A stretch of DNA of 63,468 nucleotides, filler included, from Octopus bimaculoides (lineage: Eukaryota): the NCBI RefSeq assembly GCF_001194135.2. It is 4 parts of 4 records of this genome, joined end to end, with 100 filler letters (N's around TTAATTAATTAA, not from the genome) between each part and the next. Parts side by side here need not be neighbours in the genome. Positions count along the whole stretch, not along the records: positions 25,197 to 48,912 come from NC_068998.1; 3 more parts are not named here. One strand, 5' to 3'. Shown piece after piece: positions 36,393 to 47,580 of the stretch; positions within the stretch are counted from its first letter, which is position 1; each line of letters opens with the position of its first letter. Under the pieces are notes generated by a model. The model was not told where the DNA came from and did not search any database. It was given only the letters and a program-made list of their open reading frames with translations. Both the position numbers and the translations under genes were made by a program.

Positions 36393-38052
36393 TATGACAG
36401 GCTTCTTTCAGTTTCTGTCTACCAAATCCACTCACAAGGCTTTGGGACTGAACCCAGAACCATGTGGTTGGTAAGCAAGCTACTTACCACACAGCCACTC
36501 CTGTTCGTTTTTGTTTAAATGTCAGTATGGCATTTTCTTGTATTTCAAATCGTGTTTTGTTTTGGTAGACAGACTTAATTTATCGAACAGAACTTCAGGA
36601 AAAATATAAATTTTTTTTCAAATCGTCTGACGACTTATTTGTATGGGAGGAAAAACCATTTACAGAAAAAATTAATGGAGAGGTCCCATAAATTAAACAA
36701 TTCCATCCAGTCAGTACAAATTTGTTTTGTTATTTAACACAAAAACTTTAGCCTTTAAGGTTTTTTCACGAAATGTAATGTTACTCGTCAATTTGCCCTT
36801 AAAATATAATTTTTTTCCTGAAACACCGTTTAATTTAGGTCTCCAGGTCTTTTTCCGTGTATCTATGTTAATTACTGAGATGTTGCTGCCTGTACCTAAT
36901 TGCAACTTTACGTTTGCGTTATTAATTTTTACATACACAGATTGTCTTTGAGGCTCGTTCATATTCTTTTTGATAATCTGTTTACGCGATTTTTTCTGTT
37001 GAACCGTTTTTTAGGTTCTGTCCTACAATGCAACTTTTTATGGCCTATTTTACTATACTTGCAGCATTTTATATTTTTTAAATGGACAGTTAATTTTACA
37101 ATGTAGACCATAACGTGGATTTGGTCTTTTCTCTATTGACACGCTTGAATCTGAGAACAATCTTTCTCTTCAATTTTATTCGCATCATGTTGTACATTAA
37201 TAATCCTCTGAAATTCTTCTACTACTGCCTGCAGAGTTCAAGTTTGGTCCTGTTCTAATTTTGTTAATATCCAGAAATGTATATCTGCAAAATGTATATG
37301 AGCAAAAATCAAAATCTCGAACATGCCCAGGGTTCACTTTTTGAATTTCTCACTCTCTGTTAACCGTTCCGGCATAGGTGACGAAATCTTCATAATCTCT
37401 TTTGACCAAATTTAAACATTGCCAGCAAGTATTGAACAAAGGAACTTATTTCACTGAAAAGTTTCGATAAAATGTTAATTGTTTCATCGAAACAAATCTC
37501 ACCTGGCTTCTTCGGAAGAATATAATTACAGTACTTTTTGTGTTTAGCAGGGGGTAACTTTCTTAAAAGTAGTTGTACTTTTTTGTCATCAGACCAATTT
37601 TTACACTCTTCTTTGAAGATTTCATCGTATCGACGAAAATATGCAGAGAAGGTAATACCTTCTGAGTTTAATTTGAATTCTTCAATTGAGTTTGCTACAC
37701 TGTCTGGCAAGTACGAACCCGAAGTATTTTCAGACTTCTTCAACATTAATTCCAGTAACTGTTGGTTTTGTTGTTGTTGCTGATGTAGTTGCTGCTGCAA
37801 TTGCTGCTGTAAGTGCTGTTGTTGTTACTATTGCTGCTGTTACAACTACACCATGGAGGCCAATAAGTCTTCCATGTTAAAACAACTTTTTCTTTGGTTT
37901 CGTACAAAAGAAATTTAAACGTCCAACGCAAGCTTCGAACAACTCATCACCACTTTTATATCCTTGTATTAGATATATAATATAATGAAGCAAGGGATGA
38001 ATGAGTCAGTCCACCTTTAGTTACTTGGGGTGGTTGGAATCCTTTCACAACA
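34157..38052 (-). mobile_element. Gypsy/Ty3 LTR retrotransposon with both LTRs, internally deleted and inactivated
   Basis: 3' LTR 34157-34372 with PPT (minus strand aaaaggggaga) at 34373-34384; 5' LTR 37954-38052, shortened, followed on the minus strand by PBS-like tggtgatgag. gag-like ORF 37390-37800; protease LQLGTGS; RT CADFSTGLN, KLDLSDTYLQ, PYLDDI; integrase IVSDN, TPPYHP. Flanks GGTTG/AGTTG are a probable 5-bp TSD with one mismatch. Confidence 0.92.
36118..36503 (-). mobile_element. SINE family C, young full-length copy inserted in Gypsy pol
   Basis: Minus strand: caggagtggctgtgtggtaag (A-box), gggttcagtccc (B-box), microsatellite linker, ccgtaacttagcggttcggcaaaagagaccgatagaataagtac, tail gactgaaacaagtaaaa. 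Confidence 0.93.
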
Positions 38053-38185
38053 AGTTGTGTGATAAGAAGTTTGCTTCCCAGCCACATGGTTCCAGGTTCA
38101 GTCCCAATGCATGGCACCTTGGCAAGTGTCTTCTATTATAACCCACAAGCCAACTGAGCCTTGTGAGGTGATTTAGCAGATGGTG
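38053..38185 (+). mobile_element. Older SINE family C 5' half, split by the Gypsy insertion
   Basis: gttgtgtgataagaagtttgcttccc.gccacatggttcc.ggttcagtccc...gcaccttggcaagtgtcttc; the missing first bases resemble 34145-34156. Confidence 0.75.
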
Positions 38186-39448
38186 TGGCAGTAATTCGAA
38201 ACCGAATCACTAGTTATGTGGTCAGACACCACGACTGAACCACAATAGTTTCACATGATCGGTCTATTAAAAGCAACCAATCAGTATGAAGCCGTAGCAT
38301 GATTCAATCGTTTAGAATCTTCTCGTACCGAATAAAAGACCACTTTTGGTGCCTAAATTCTTTGCAGAATGTTGAGGCAGCTGAGAGACATGTGCCTCTA
38401 TTTCTTGCTAGATAGACGACCCAGGCAGAGAACCCAGAGAGATGGTCTAGGACAGCTGACCAAGAATATCTGTTGCCACAAAAACAATGCAATTGATTTC
38501 AGATATATTAGGTAAACTGCATGTTGCCATACCAATAGCTTTCTGTAATCTCAGAGCAGTATTTTTGAGCAGTATTCAGCGAGCTTTGTCCAAACTTTTT
38601 TAATCAGTTTCATACTGACATTTCAGATTTAATGCCAATTTCAGTGGTATAAGCTATGAACAGCTTTGGGCTGGTGAACAAAAGTGATTACAGTTTCATA
38701 CAATATTGGCTAGACAAAAGAGGGGATGATTTTGCCACTCATCTTTCCAAGAATTATATAAGTATCAGACATGTACATACCCTACAACTATTGTAGTTAT
38801 TATAGTGGTGACGTATCAGAATAGAAGATGCACGAGTTCCTAGCAGCCTTACTTAGGCTCACAAAGTTTAATTTTAAAGTAACATTGTACATGTGGAATT
38901 CTTCCCAAGACTTTGAGAGAAAAAAGAACAACATTTTAAAACTTTCAATTGACCTTGAACTTGCTACAAAATCTGGCATGCTCATAATCAGAGTCAGCGC
39001 GTACAATCAACAGAAAGATAAAACACTTAATTTGGACTTTCGAACACTCGATAAGTTGCACCCACTCTTTAAGGATTATCAGTATAACATTTCAGTCCGT
39101 ACATAAAAATAGTTATTGCTTAACAAAATTTATACACATAATTATCTATAGATAAGTCAACTCAGATTCACATGGAGAAGGCCACAAACTAATTATGCAC
39201 GCACGCGTACGCACACACACACCTTTTTCTGTGTGTTTATATGTGTGGCTTTATATGCGAATGGGTATGAATGTCTCTCTGTCTCTGTGTTTGCTATTTC
39301 CAGTAAATATTGGTGCATTGTTGTACCACTATTCTATATANNNNNNNNNNNNNNNNNNNNNNNNNNNNNNNNNNNNNNNNNNNNNNNNNNNNNNNNNNNN
39401 NNNNNNNNNNNNNNNNNNNNNNNNNNNNNNNNNNNNNNNNNNNNNNNN

Positions 39449-39496
<48 letters not shown>

Positions 39497-39699
39497 AAAT
39501 TAGAAAATGGAGAAAAACATAGATGAAACAATACATCGATAGGATCACATTTAAAACTTGTTTATTAGTACAAAGCAAGACATAACAAAGCTAACAGCTG
39601 CATTCCCAGAATGCAGTCTATACATAAATGCGAGAATAAAATCCTTCATCTTCATAGGGCATTCAGATTAAGGCAACCGATCTTCATCAGATTGAAAAA

Positions 39700-40151
39700 C
39701 AAGAGCATACAATATAAGCAAAAGGGAGAAGGAAGAGGTAAGAAAACATGGTTTAGACAAACAGTCTAAAAGCCCAATATAAAACAAATGAAATCCAAAC
39801 GAAAGCTAGAACAACAACGGACCATGATAAAACGATGGCAAGAAAAGTCCCTTCATGGCAAATACTGGGCTAAACTAAATGCAAAAGAAATAGACAGAGA
39901 AAAATCCCAGCAATGGTTGGGAAGCTCAGGACTCAAAGCAGAGACTGAAGGATTTTTAATTGCTGCACAAAACCAAAGCCTCCCCACCAGAAATTACCAA
40001 AAACATATAATGAAAAGAAACATAACAAGTAACTGCAGAATATGTGGCGGTGGACAAAAAACAATAAATCATATTATCTCTGGCTGCCCAGTCCTGGCTA
40101 AGAAGGAATATATTCACAGACATGACAGAGTTGGGACCTATATACACTGGA
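39700..40151 (+). mobile_element. R4/Dong-like LINE ORF fragment (post-RT region and CCHC finger), cut by gap
   Basis: WQEKSLHGKY, SQQWL...LKAETEGFLIAAQNQSLPTRNY, CRICG...TINHIISGCPVLAKKEYIHRHDRV. Confidence 0.92.
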
Positions 40152-40978
40152 NNNNNNNNNNNNNNNNNNNNNNNNNNNNNNNNNNNNNNNNNNNNNNNNN
40201 NNNNNNNNNNNNNNNNNNNNNNNNNNNNNNNNNNNNNNNNNNNNNNNNNNNNNNNNNNNNNNNNNNNNNNNNNNNNNNNNNNNNNNNNNNNNNNNNNNNN
40301 NNNNNNNNNNNNNNNNNNNNNNNNNNNNNNNNNNNNNNNNNNNNNNNNNNNNNNNNNNNNNNNNNNNNNNNNNNNNNNNNNNNNNNNNNNNNNNNNNNNN
40401 NNNNNNNNNNNNNNNNNNNNNNNNNNNNNNNNNNNNNNNNNNNNNNNNNNNNNNNNNNNNNNNNNNNNNNNNNNNNNNNNNNNNNNNNNNNNNNNNNNNN
40501 NNNNNNNNNNNNNNNNNNNNNNNNNNNNNNNNNNNNNNNNNNNNNNNNNNNNNNNNNNNNNNNNNNNNNNNNNNNNNNNNNNNNNNNNNNNNNNNNNNNN
40601 NNNNNNNNNNNNNNNNNNNNNNNNNNNNNNNNNNNNNNNNNNNNNNNNNNNNNNNNNNNNNNNNNNNNNNNNNNNNNNNNNNNNNNNNNNNNNNNNNNNN
40701 NNNNNNNNNNNNNNNNNNNNNNNNNNNNNNNNNNNNNNNNNNNNNNNNNNNNNNNNNNNNNNNNNNNNNNNNNNNNNNNNNNNNNNNNNNNNNNNNNNNN
40801 NNNNNNNNNNNNNNNNNNNNNNNNNNNNNNNNNNNNNNNNNNNNNNNNNNNNNNNNNNNNNNNNNNNNNNNNNNNNNNNNNNNNNNNNNNNNNNNNNNNN
40901 NNNNNNNNNNNNNNNNNNNNNNNNNNNNNNNNNNNNNNNNNNNNNNNNNNNNNNNNNNNNNNNNNNNNNNNNNNNNNN

Positions 40979-41935
40979 AACTTCGGATACTGGTAGAATG
41001 TGTCACATAGAACAGGATTTACTCTTAACGTTTTTGACAAAATTTTGTATTTTAGAAGTTATTTCGTGTTAAAGTTATCATATTTGGGTAATTTTAACCA
41101 ATCAATAATGTGTATTCAGCTGAAGAAAATTACTGCTGCTATTTGTGAACAACTTCCGGGTCCACTCCCCTAACACGACCCTTTTTTAATGACCCTTCTT
41201 TAATGTGGTTGCATGACCTGCTAGAAAAGGTAGTCAAAATTTTTTATCCGAAGTTTCATACTTGCTATCTTTTATTCTTTCAACTTTTCTTTAACTTTTC
41301 TTCATCATTCAGTGAAGAATATTGTTTTAACCACAGGATAGCTCTGATTCTAATGTATCTGTGAGAAAAGGCGTTCCAGCCATGGCCATTTTGTCTTATT
41401 CTTTTCTAGAAGTAATGAATTCCTAAGCGAATATAAACTTGCATTATTTTTTTTCTTGAAGACGGAAATTTAATTTTTCCTTTTGTCAGGAAGATTTGTT
41501 GTCTCTTTCTAGCAACTCGAGCGACCAGGTAAAGGCTCTCTCGTTGTCTCGTCTCGTTCCCTTCATCATTTGTTGTCCCTAGTTGGACTCTACGTGTATA
41601 TCACAGTATAGAGGTTTTTCTATTCTGTATATAAAAAAGTTTGGCTACTTTTTCTAGCAGGTTATGCAACCACATACAGGCTCCGTCGATGGTCTGTCTC
41701 AGTAATAATTTTGTTGTTATTTAGTTTCAAATCAACCCTGATACAGCAAACCTATATTGCTATAAAAACATCTCTGGTTATTAAAAAAGGGTTTTGTTAG
41801 GGGAGTGAACCCAGAAGTTGATTGGTTAAAATTACCGGAATACAACACGAAATAACTTCTAAAATACAAAATTTTGTCAAAAACGTTAAGAGTAAACCCT
41901 GTTCTATGTAACACATTCTACCAGTATCCGAAGTT
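40979..41935. mobile_element. Foldback/MITE-like element with about 260-bp imperfect inverted arms (left end abuts gap)
   Basis: aacttcggatactggtagaatgtgt.acatagaacagg.tttactcttaacgtttttgacaaaattttgtattttagaagttatttcgtgtt vs its reverse complement at 41845-41935; inner match tgtggttgcat.acctgctagaaaa vs ttttctagcaggttatgcaaccaca. Confidence 0.9.
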
Positions 41936-42684
41936 TCAAAGTGTTTAGTTTAAGAAAATTAATTTAAAAATCTGGCCATCAAATTGAAAAGATCCCCATA
42001 GGAAATTCCCCCCGACGACAACTACCCCCTAAAACAATTATCCACCTTGGTTAATTACCCCCTACCCAATATATTAAGAAGTTTTAAATCCTCATTTGTT
42101 GTCCCCGGAGGTAATTGTCCTTGGGTGGTTATTGTCCATGGGGGATACATGTTCTAGACTCATATAAATATATTTATGTATGCAAGGATTTATATATACA
42201 AAAATAGATGCACATGAGCGTGTATATACATGAATGCATGTAACATACAAGATTTTGTATGCGTATGTACGTGTTGATGTATATAAATGTCTATATACAT
42301 GAGTGGATACGTATGGGTTTATATACATGAGTGGATACGTATGGATACATCTTCACAGATATAAATTCTTCAATTATTCTACTATTCACCACTAACCTGT
42401 CCTTTCAAGCAACTTAGCTTATATTTCCCATTTTTCATTCCACCTCAATTTTATTACCCTTACCCCTTACCTTCTCTCTATACTTTCTCTCTTCCTTTTT
42501 TCTCTTTCTTCCTGTTTTTGATTTGACCTTACAAACACATTCCCAACTTTTAAGTCACTTCAAAAAAACCCTTGAACGTACACTTGAGTGAAATTCCTCT
42601 CCTCTCTATTATATATACACACATACGAACATAGTTGATAACAGCTAGCCTTTGGCCGCATTTTGGACCCTGTTGTGTCCACTA

Positions 42685-42855
42685 CTCTGATTGATTGGTA
42701 TTGGCGCAATTTGTCTCTTGCTCTATCGCGCGCCAATATGCAACCCAACCAATCGGAGCTTTCAAATAAAGTCACGTGTAATAGCCTATTTTTTACCTCA
42801 GCTGAGCCTACACTCCTTATAAAAACCTAACTTTTTCTCCTTTCGATATCATTCA
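42685..42855 (+). promoter_or_regulatory. Pol II promoter-like cluster: CCAAT boxes, E-box, TATA, Inr
   Basis: GATTGG/ATTGGCGC...GCGCCAAT/CCAATC in inverted arrangement, CACGTG at about 42774, TATAAAA at 42818 and TCATTC at 42849-42854 (33 bp from TATA to +1). Motif matches only. Confidence 0.35.
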
Positions 42856-43919
42856 ATTCCACACCTTTTAAGATTTCACCACTGACCACACAAGACACCA
42901 CCAGTTCCAGCGACAACACAACAGCAGCCACATGGAGACTCATCAACTTCGTCCAACAACATTCAGCGACCTCTATCTCTGCCGCCATCATTCGTCCTAA
43001 CGTCAACATCTCTCAACGTACACAACTCAACAAGCAACTCACCCAAGTTACAACACTGCACTGTTCGTGAACTACTTCACCATGGATCAACAGCGAATAT
43101 ACAACCTGCGAGAACTCCTGTACCAAGTGATCCAGGCAGCAGCATCACAGCCACAACTTCACGTACGACATGTACCGCAACCGGCTCTGCATCATCGCCG
43201 CAACTTCTTGATACAGTATTTCAACTATCATCTACATTTGACTACGAACTGGTGTTTATCATTCTTGCATCTATGAACTTACTCCTCACTTCGATGGCTA
43301 TAGACTCTTTCACTGTCTCTTCTTCATCGCCATCCTTGCATGTTCTTAACGTGCATACCTCAATGCCTACATACACACGCATACATCTTATTCTTATGAC
43401 GGCCTGTCTATTATTCTGTATATATGACGCACACACAGTCACACATGTTAACATATCAATAAATCTTTCTCTTAAACATTTTACCTGGTTGTGTCTCTTA
43501 TTTCCTTCTGGCACATATATGCATCGTTCTATTTATATTTATTGTATCGACCGTGTGATGTACTAAGGAGCCATTCTCATCACCTCGCTTTGCACAGAAG
43601 TCACAAATCGGTGACACGTTTCAGCTCCTTGAAACTACAAAACAATTATAATGGGAGTAGGAGATACTCCACATGTATCTAAGCCTTCATGCCCATTATA
43701 ATACCGTTTACAAGCCTCTATGCTTGGAATGACCAATTATAAACACCACTGGAAATTACACACAAGGTACAGGAAACTTATATATACACCATTCTGCTCA
43801 AATAATGGAACTGCAGATACAATATCCTTACGTATCTCACGTCTGATCTCATTCCTCCACTTCACTCTGTATTTCAAATCTTCTCAATAATAACTATTAC
43901 TTAAACATTTTCTTGCATC

Positions 43920-43967
43920 GTCTCTGATGAAGGGATATATAAAATATCCTGGAAACAGCTGTAAGAC
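43920..43967 (+). ncRNA. Minimal type I hammerhead ribozyme (slightly decayed)
   Basis: Helix I GTCT/AGAC; CTGATGA plus A; helix II GGGATAT-ataaa-ATATCCT; one extra G; GAAAC-AGCT-GTA with palindromic ACAGCTGT; predicted cleavage after 43963. Confidence 0.65.
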
Positions 43968-44929
43968 CTTATCTTTATAAATGTTCTGCAAACTTTTCAC
44001 AGCCTTGGATTTTTTATCTCATTCTGTTAATTTCTATATATATATACATGCTAATACACGACCTACATTGGACTCCTCATTCGTATCATTTCATTATCTA
44101 ACCTAGAGCTTAACTATAGTCTGTCCACAGCACTTACTCAGCATTACCTGACACCTTTGGGTCNNNNNNNNNNNNNNNNNNNNNNNNNNNNNNNNNNNNN
44201 NNNNNNNNNNNNNNNNNNNNNNNNNNNNNNNNNNNNNNNNNNNNNNNNNNNNNNNNNNNNNNNNNNNNNNNNNNNNNNNNNNNNNNNNNNNNNNNNNNNN
44301 NNNNNNNNNNNNNNNNNNNNNNNNNNNNNNNNNNNNNNNNNNNNNNNNNNNNNNNNNNNNNNNNNNNNNNNNNNNNNNNNNNNNNNNNNNNNNNNNNNNN
44401 NNNNNNNNNNNNNNNNNNNNNNNNNNNNNNNNNNNNNNNNNNNNNNNNNNNNNNNNNNNNNNNNNNNNNNNNNNNNNNNNNNNNNNNNNNNNNNNNNNNN
44501 NNNNNNNNNNNNNNNNNNNNNNNNNNNNNNNNNNNNNNNNNNNNNNNNNNNNNNNNNNNNNNNNNNNNNNNNNNNNNNNNNNNNNNNNNNNNNNNNNNNN
44601 NNNNNNNNNNNNNNNNNNNNNNNNNNNNNNNNNNNNNNNNNNNNNNNNNNNNNNNNNNNNNNNNNNNNNNNNNNNNNNNNNNNNNNNNNNNNNNNNNNNN
44701 NNNNNNNNNNNNNNNNNNNNNNNNNNNNNNNNNNNNNNNNNNNNNNNNNNNNNNNNNNNNNNNNNNNNNNNNNNNNNNNNNNNNNNNNNNNNNNNNNNNN
44801 NNNNNNNNNNNNNNNNNNNNNNNNNNNNNNNNNNNNNNNNNNNNNNNNNNNNNNNNNNNNNNNNNNATATATATATATATGTATATATGTATATATGTAT
44901 ACATACATACATACATACATACATACATA

Positions 44930-46420
44930 CACTGTGTCCCATATTATTAGGCAAATCAACCTTCTCTCAATAAATAAATGTGTATTCGTTTAAAACCAGT
45001 TGTTTGTTGGCAGCACCTATCTGCGCACATTCTCTTAAAATAAATCGGATCTGTGCAGATGAAAACAAACTGCGGCCATTATCGTGTAGCAGCAACATTT
45101 CTGCTGTCCTAAATTATAAGGCAGGTGCCCAATTTAAGCGTCATTATGAGTCAAAAGCGTGATCTTACCTCGAATGAGAAGTCTACCATCGTGTCAGATC
45201 TTGGAAAAGGAAAAACAAACATAGAAATATCAAAAATACAGGGAAGAGATCACCGAACAGTGAAGAAATTTGTGCAGTCTCCTATTTCTGGTCGGCCGAA
45301 AGCAAATAAGGGTAAGTCGAGGATTGCTTTGAATCGTACTTTGTCATGTGTGAAAAGGGAAGTTGTGCGGAACCCACGTCTGACAAGTAGAGAAGTCTTC
45401 AAACGTGGCAGGGAAGACGTATCGAAAATTACCAGGTGTCACCTCTTGAAGTAGGTAGCCAAGAATGTTAAACCTGTACAAGGCTCCCTCTGAAGACTGT
45501 TCATAAGCAGAAGAGACTCAAATAGGCAGAAGAATTCATTAAGATCAGATTTTTCAACAGTTCTGTTCACTGACGAATGCCGTTCTACCTTTGATGGACC
45601 AGATGGCTGGAGTAAAGTTTGGGTATCAATCAGCGGGAACTGTCCTCATTGTTTCAAATGCCAACAGTGGAGAGATAGGGTCATGTTTTGGGCTGTCATC
45701 ATTAGTGGTACGATGGTCAGGCCATGGAAAGTCCCAGATGGCATTAAGATGACATCGAAAACATATGTTACCGACTTAAAAGGCAATTTCCAACCGTGGT
45801 TCAAACAGCAAAAACCTTCATTCAAGAGAAAGCTGGCCTTCATGCCAGATAATTCCCCATCTTATGGACGTCATTTGATGGAGTGACCACCAAGTTCCCC
45901 TGACTTAAACCAGATCGAGAACCTGTGGAGTGTCCTGAAGAAGTGCATTTACCAAGAAGGACGGCAGTTTTCAAGTAAAGTTACCCTCTGTGTAACTATT
46001 GTAGATGCTGCTCAAATCATGACACAGGAAGGCATCATCACTTTGACAAATTCAATGGATCGGCACGTTAGGAAGGTTATTGCATGCGGAGGATCATACA
46101 TCAAACATTAGAAGCTTATGACAGCATAATCCCATGATTATTTTCATTCGAACTTATGTTTACTATTAAGTCCTTTATGAATAATTATTTTGTTCTGACT
46201 CAATCATTTTTATTATACTTGCCCAATAATTTGTGACAGTGAATATGTTGGCCAATCACAAAAATTAGCGCCATTTGTTGGCGTTTGTGCAGATCCAATT
46301 TATTTTAAGAGAATGTGTGCAGATAGGTGTTGTCAACAGTCAGTGGGAAAACAACTGAGTTTGAACGAATATACATTTATTTATTGAGAGAAGATTGATT
46401 TGCCTAATAACGTAGGAGTG
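44930..46420 (+). mobile_element. Tc1-family transposon with long (at least 140 bp) TIRs, inactivated transposase at about 45146-46110
   Basis: tattaggcaaatcaa.cttctctcaataaataaatgt vs acatttatttattgagagaagattgatttgcctaata; TA at both ends. MSQKRDLT HTH region, VLFTDEC, FMPDNSP, WPPSSPDLNQIENLW; stops and frameshifts. Confidence 0.93.
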
Positions 46421-46671
46421 TACATACATATATATATTGTATTTCGGGATGGTCATTTTTTGCCAAACATACAAACACATGCACACACGCACACACACAC
46501 ATATGCACACATATACACACGCATATATTTATACACATACATATATACATACATATGTATACATATATATANNNNNNNNNNNNNNNNNNNNNNNNNNNNN
46601 NNNNNNNNNNNNNNNNNNNNNNNNNNNNNNNNNNNNNNNNNNNNNNNNNNNNNNNNNNNNNNNNNNNNNNN

Positions 46672-47208
46672 TGGATGTGCGGAAGATTGTCAGTGCTTCA
46701 GAGGATGGAACCAGCAGTAGTAGGCAGGATGATGAAGACAGCAGCTGTAGGCAAGATGATGAAGGCAGCGCGCCAGGAACTCAGGACAGTCCAGGGGTCG
46801 CACAGTGACCACAGAGGGAGCGGTACCCTCCTCCCTGGCTGGCTGATTATGAAACCAATTAAGGTAGTTCGGGAGCGAGGAGTGAGTGGGAGAGCCGGTT
46901 GAATGATCTATAGATCAGGGGGACGTGTGGTGTTATGGGCTGTGATGAGCTGTGTGTTGTTGGTGGAGAAAGATGAGGCAAACGGAGGTGAAGCCAAACC
47001 GGAAGGGCCAGACCGGAAGGGCCAGACCGGAAGTCGGCCACACGCTTCGAAGGCCAGCACGTGGGGGCAGTCAGAAAACAGACAGCTTACGAGAAAGACA
47101 TGTTTTGATCAAGAGCGATCGTTTACTCCGCTGCGGTCGACAAGGTAAGGTCCAACGTTTCATTCTGTCCTTTTGTTTCTTGTTGTCTTTTTCCTCCATC
47201 ACACCACA
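46672..47208 (+). mobile_element. Gypsy-type element 3' end: integrase tail, PPT and 3' LTR (46926-47208)
   Basis: QRERYPPPWLADYETN* is an integrase C-terminal R..R.PP.WL.DY motif; PPT-like agggggacg; LTR TGTGGTG...CACCACA. Confidence 0.8.
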
Positions 47209-47580
47209 TATATTATAAACACACGGATACACACCAATACCTGAATTTTAAATCGTGCCATCCACCGTATACAAAACGTAACATCCCATACTGCTTAGCC
47301 AGAAGAATCTGTACCATTGTAGAGGATCTAAAGACCAAAAATTAGCGCCTGATGGAGCTGAAAGTATTTCTGCTCAAACAAAAATACCCGTCACTACTTA
47401 TAGAAAATGGTATTCAGCGGGCTTCGAAAATACCCATACAACAACTGAGCACACCGCAAAGACAGGTAATGCACTATTGGAACGCTCGCGTGTGCATCGA
47501 CAACAAATTAAAAATCCAGAAGTCCGCCAAATACCACTGAGTATCTGGCAACATGTGATCGGAAAACGTTTATGATATTT
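47209..47580 (+). mobile_element. Penelope-like element RT thumb remnant followed by a decayed hammerhead-like motif
   Basis: IYYKHTDTHQYLNFKSCHPPYTKRNIPYCLARRICTIV..., QKYPSLLIENGIQRA. Confidence 0.88.

Noticed and set aside
38828-39106. 92-aa ORF in non-repeat sequence
   Set aside because: No recognisable motif or convincing splice signals; the length is within chance expectation.
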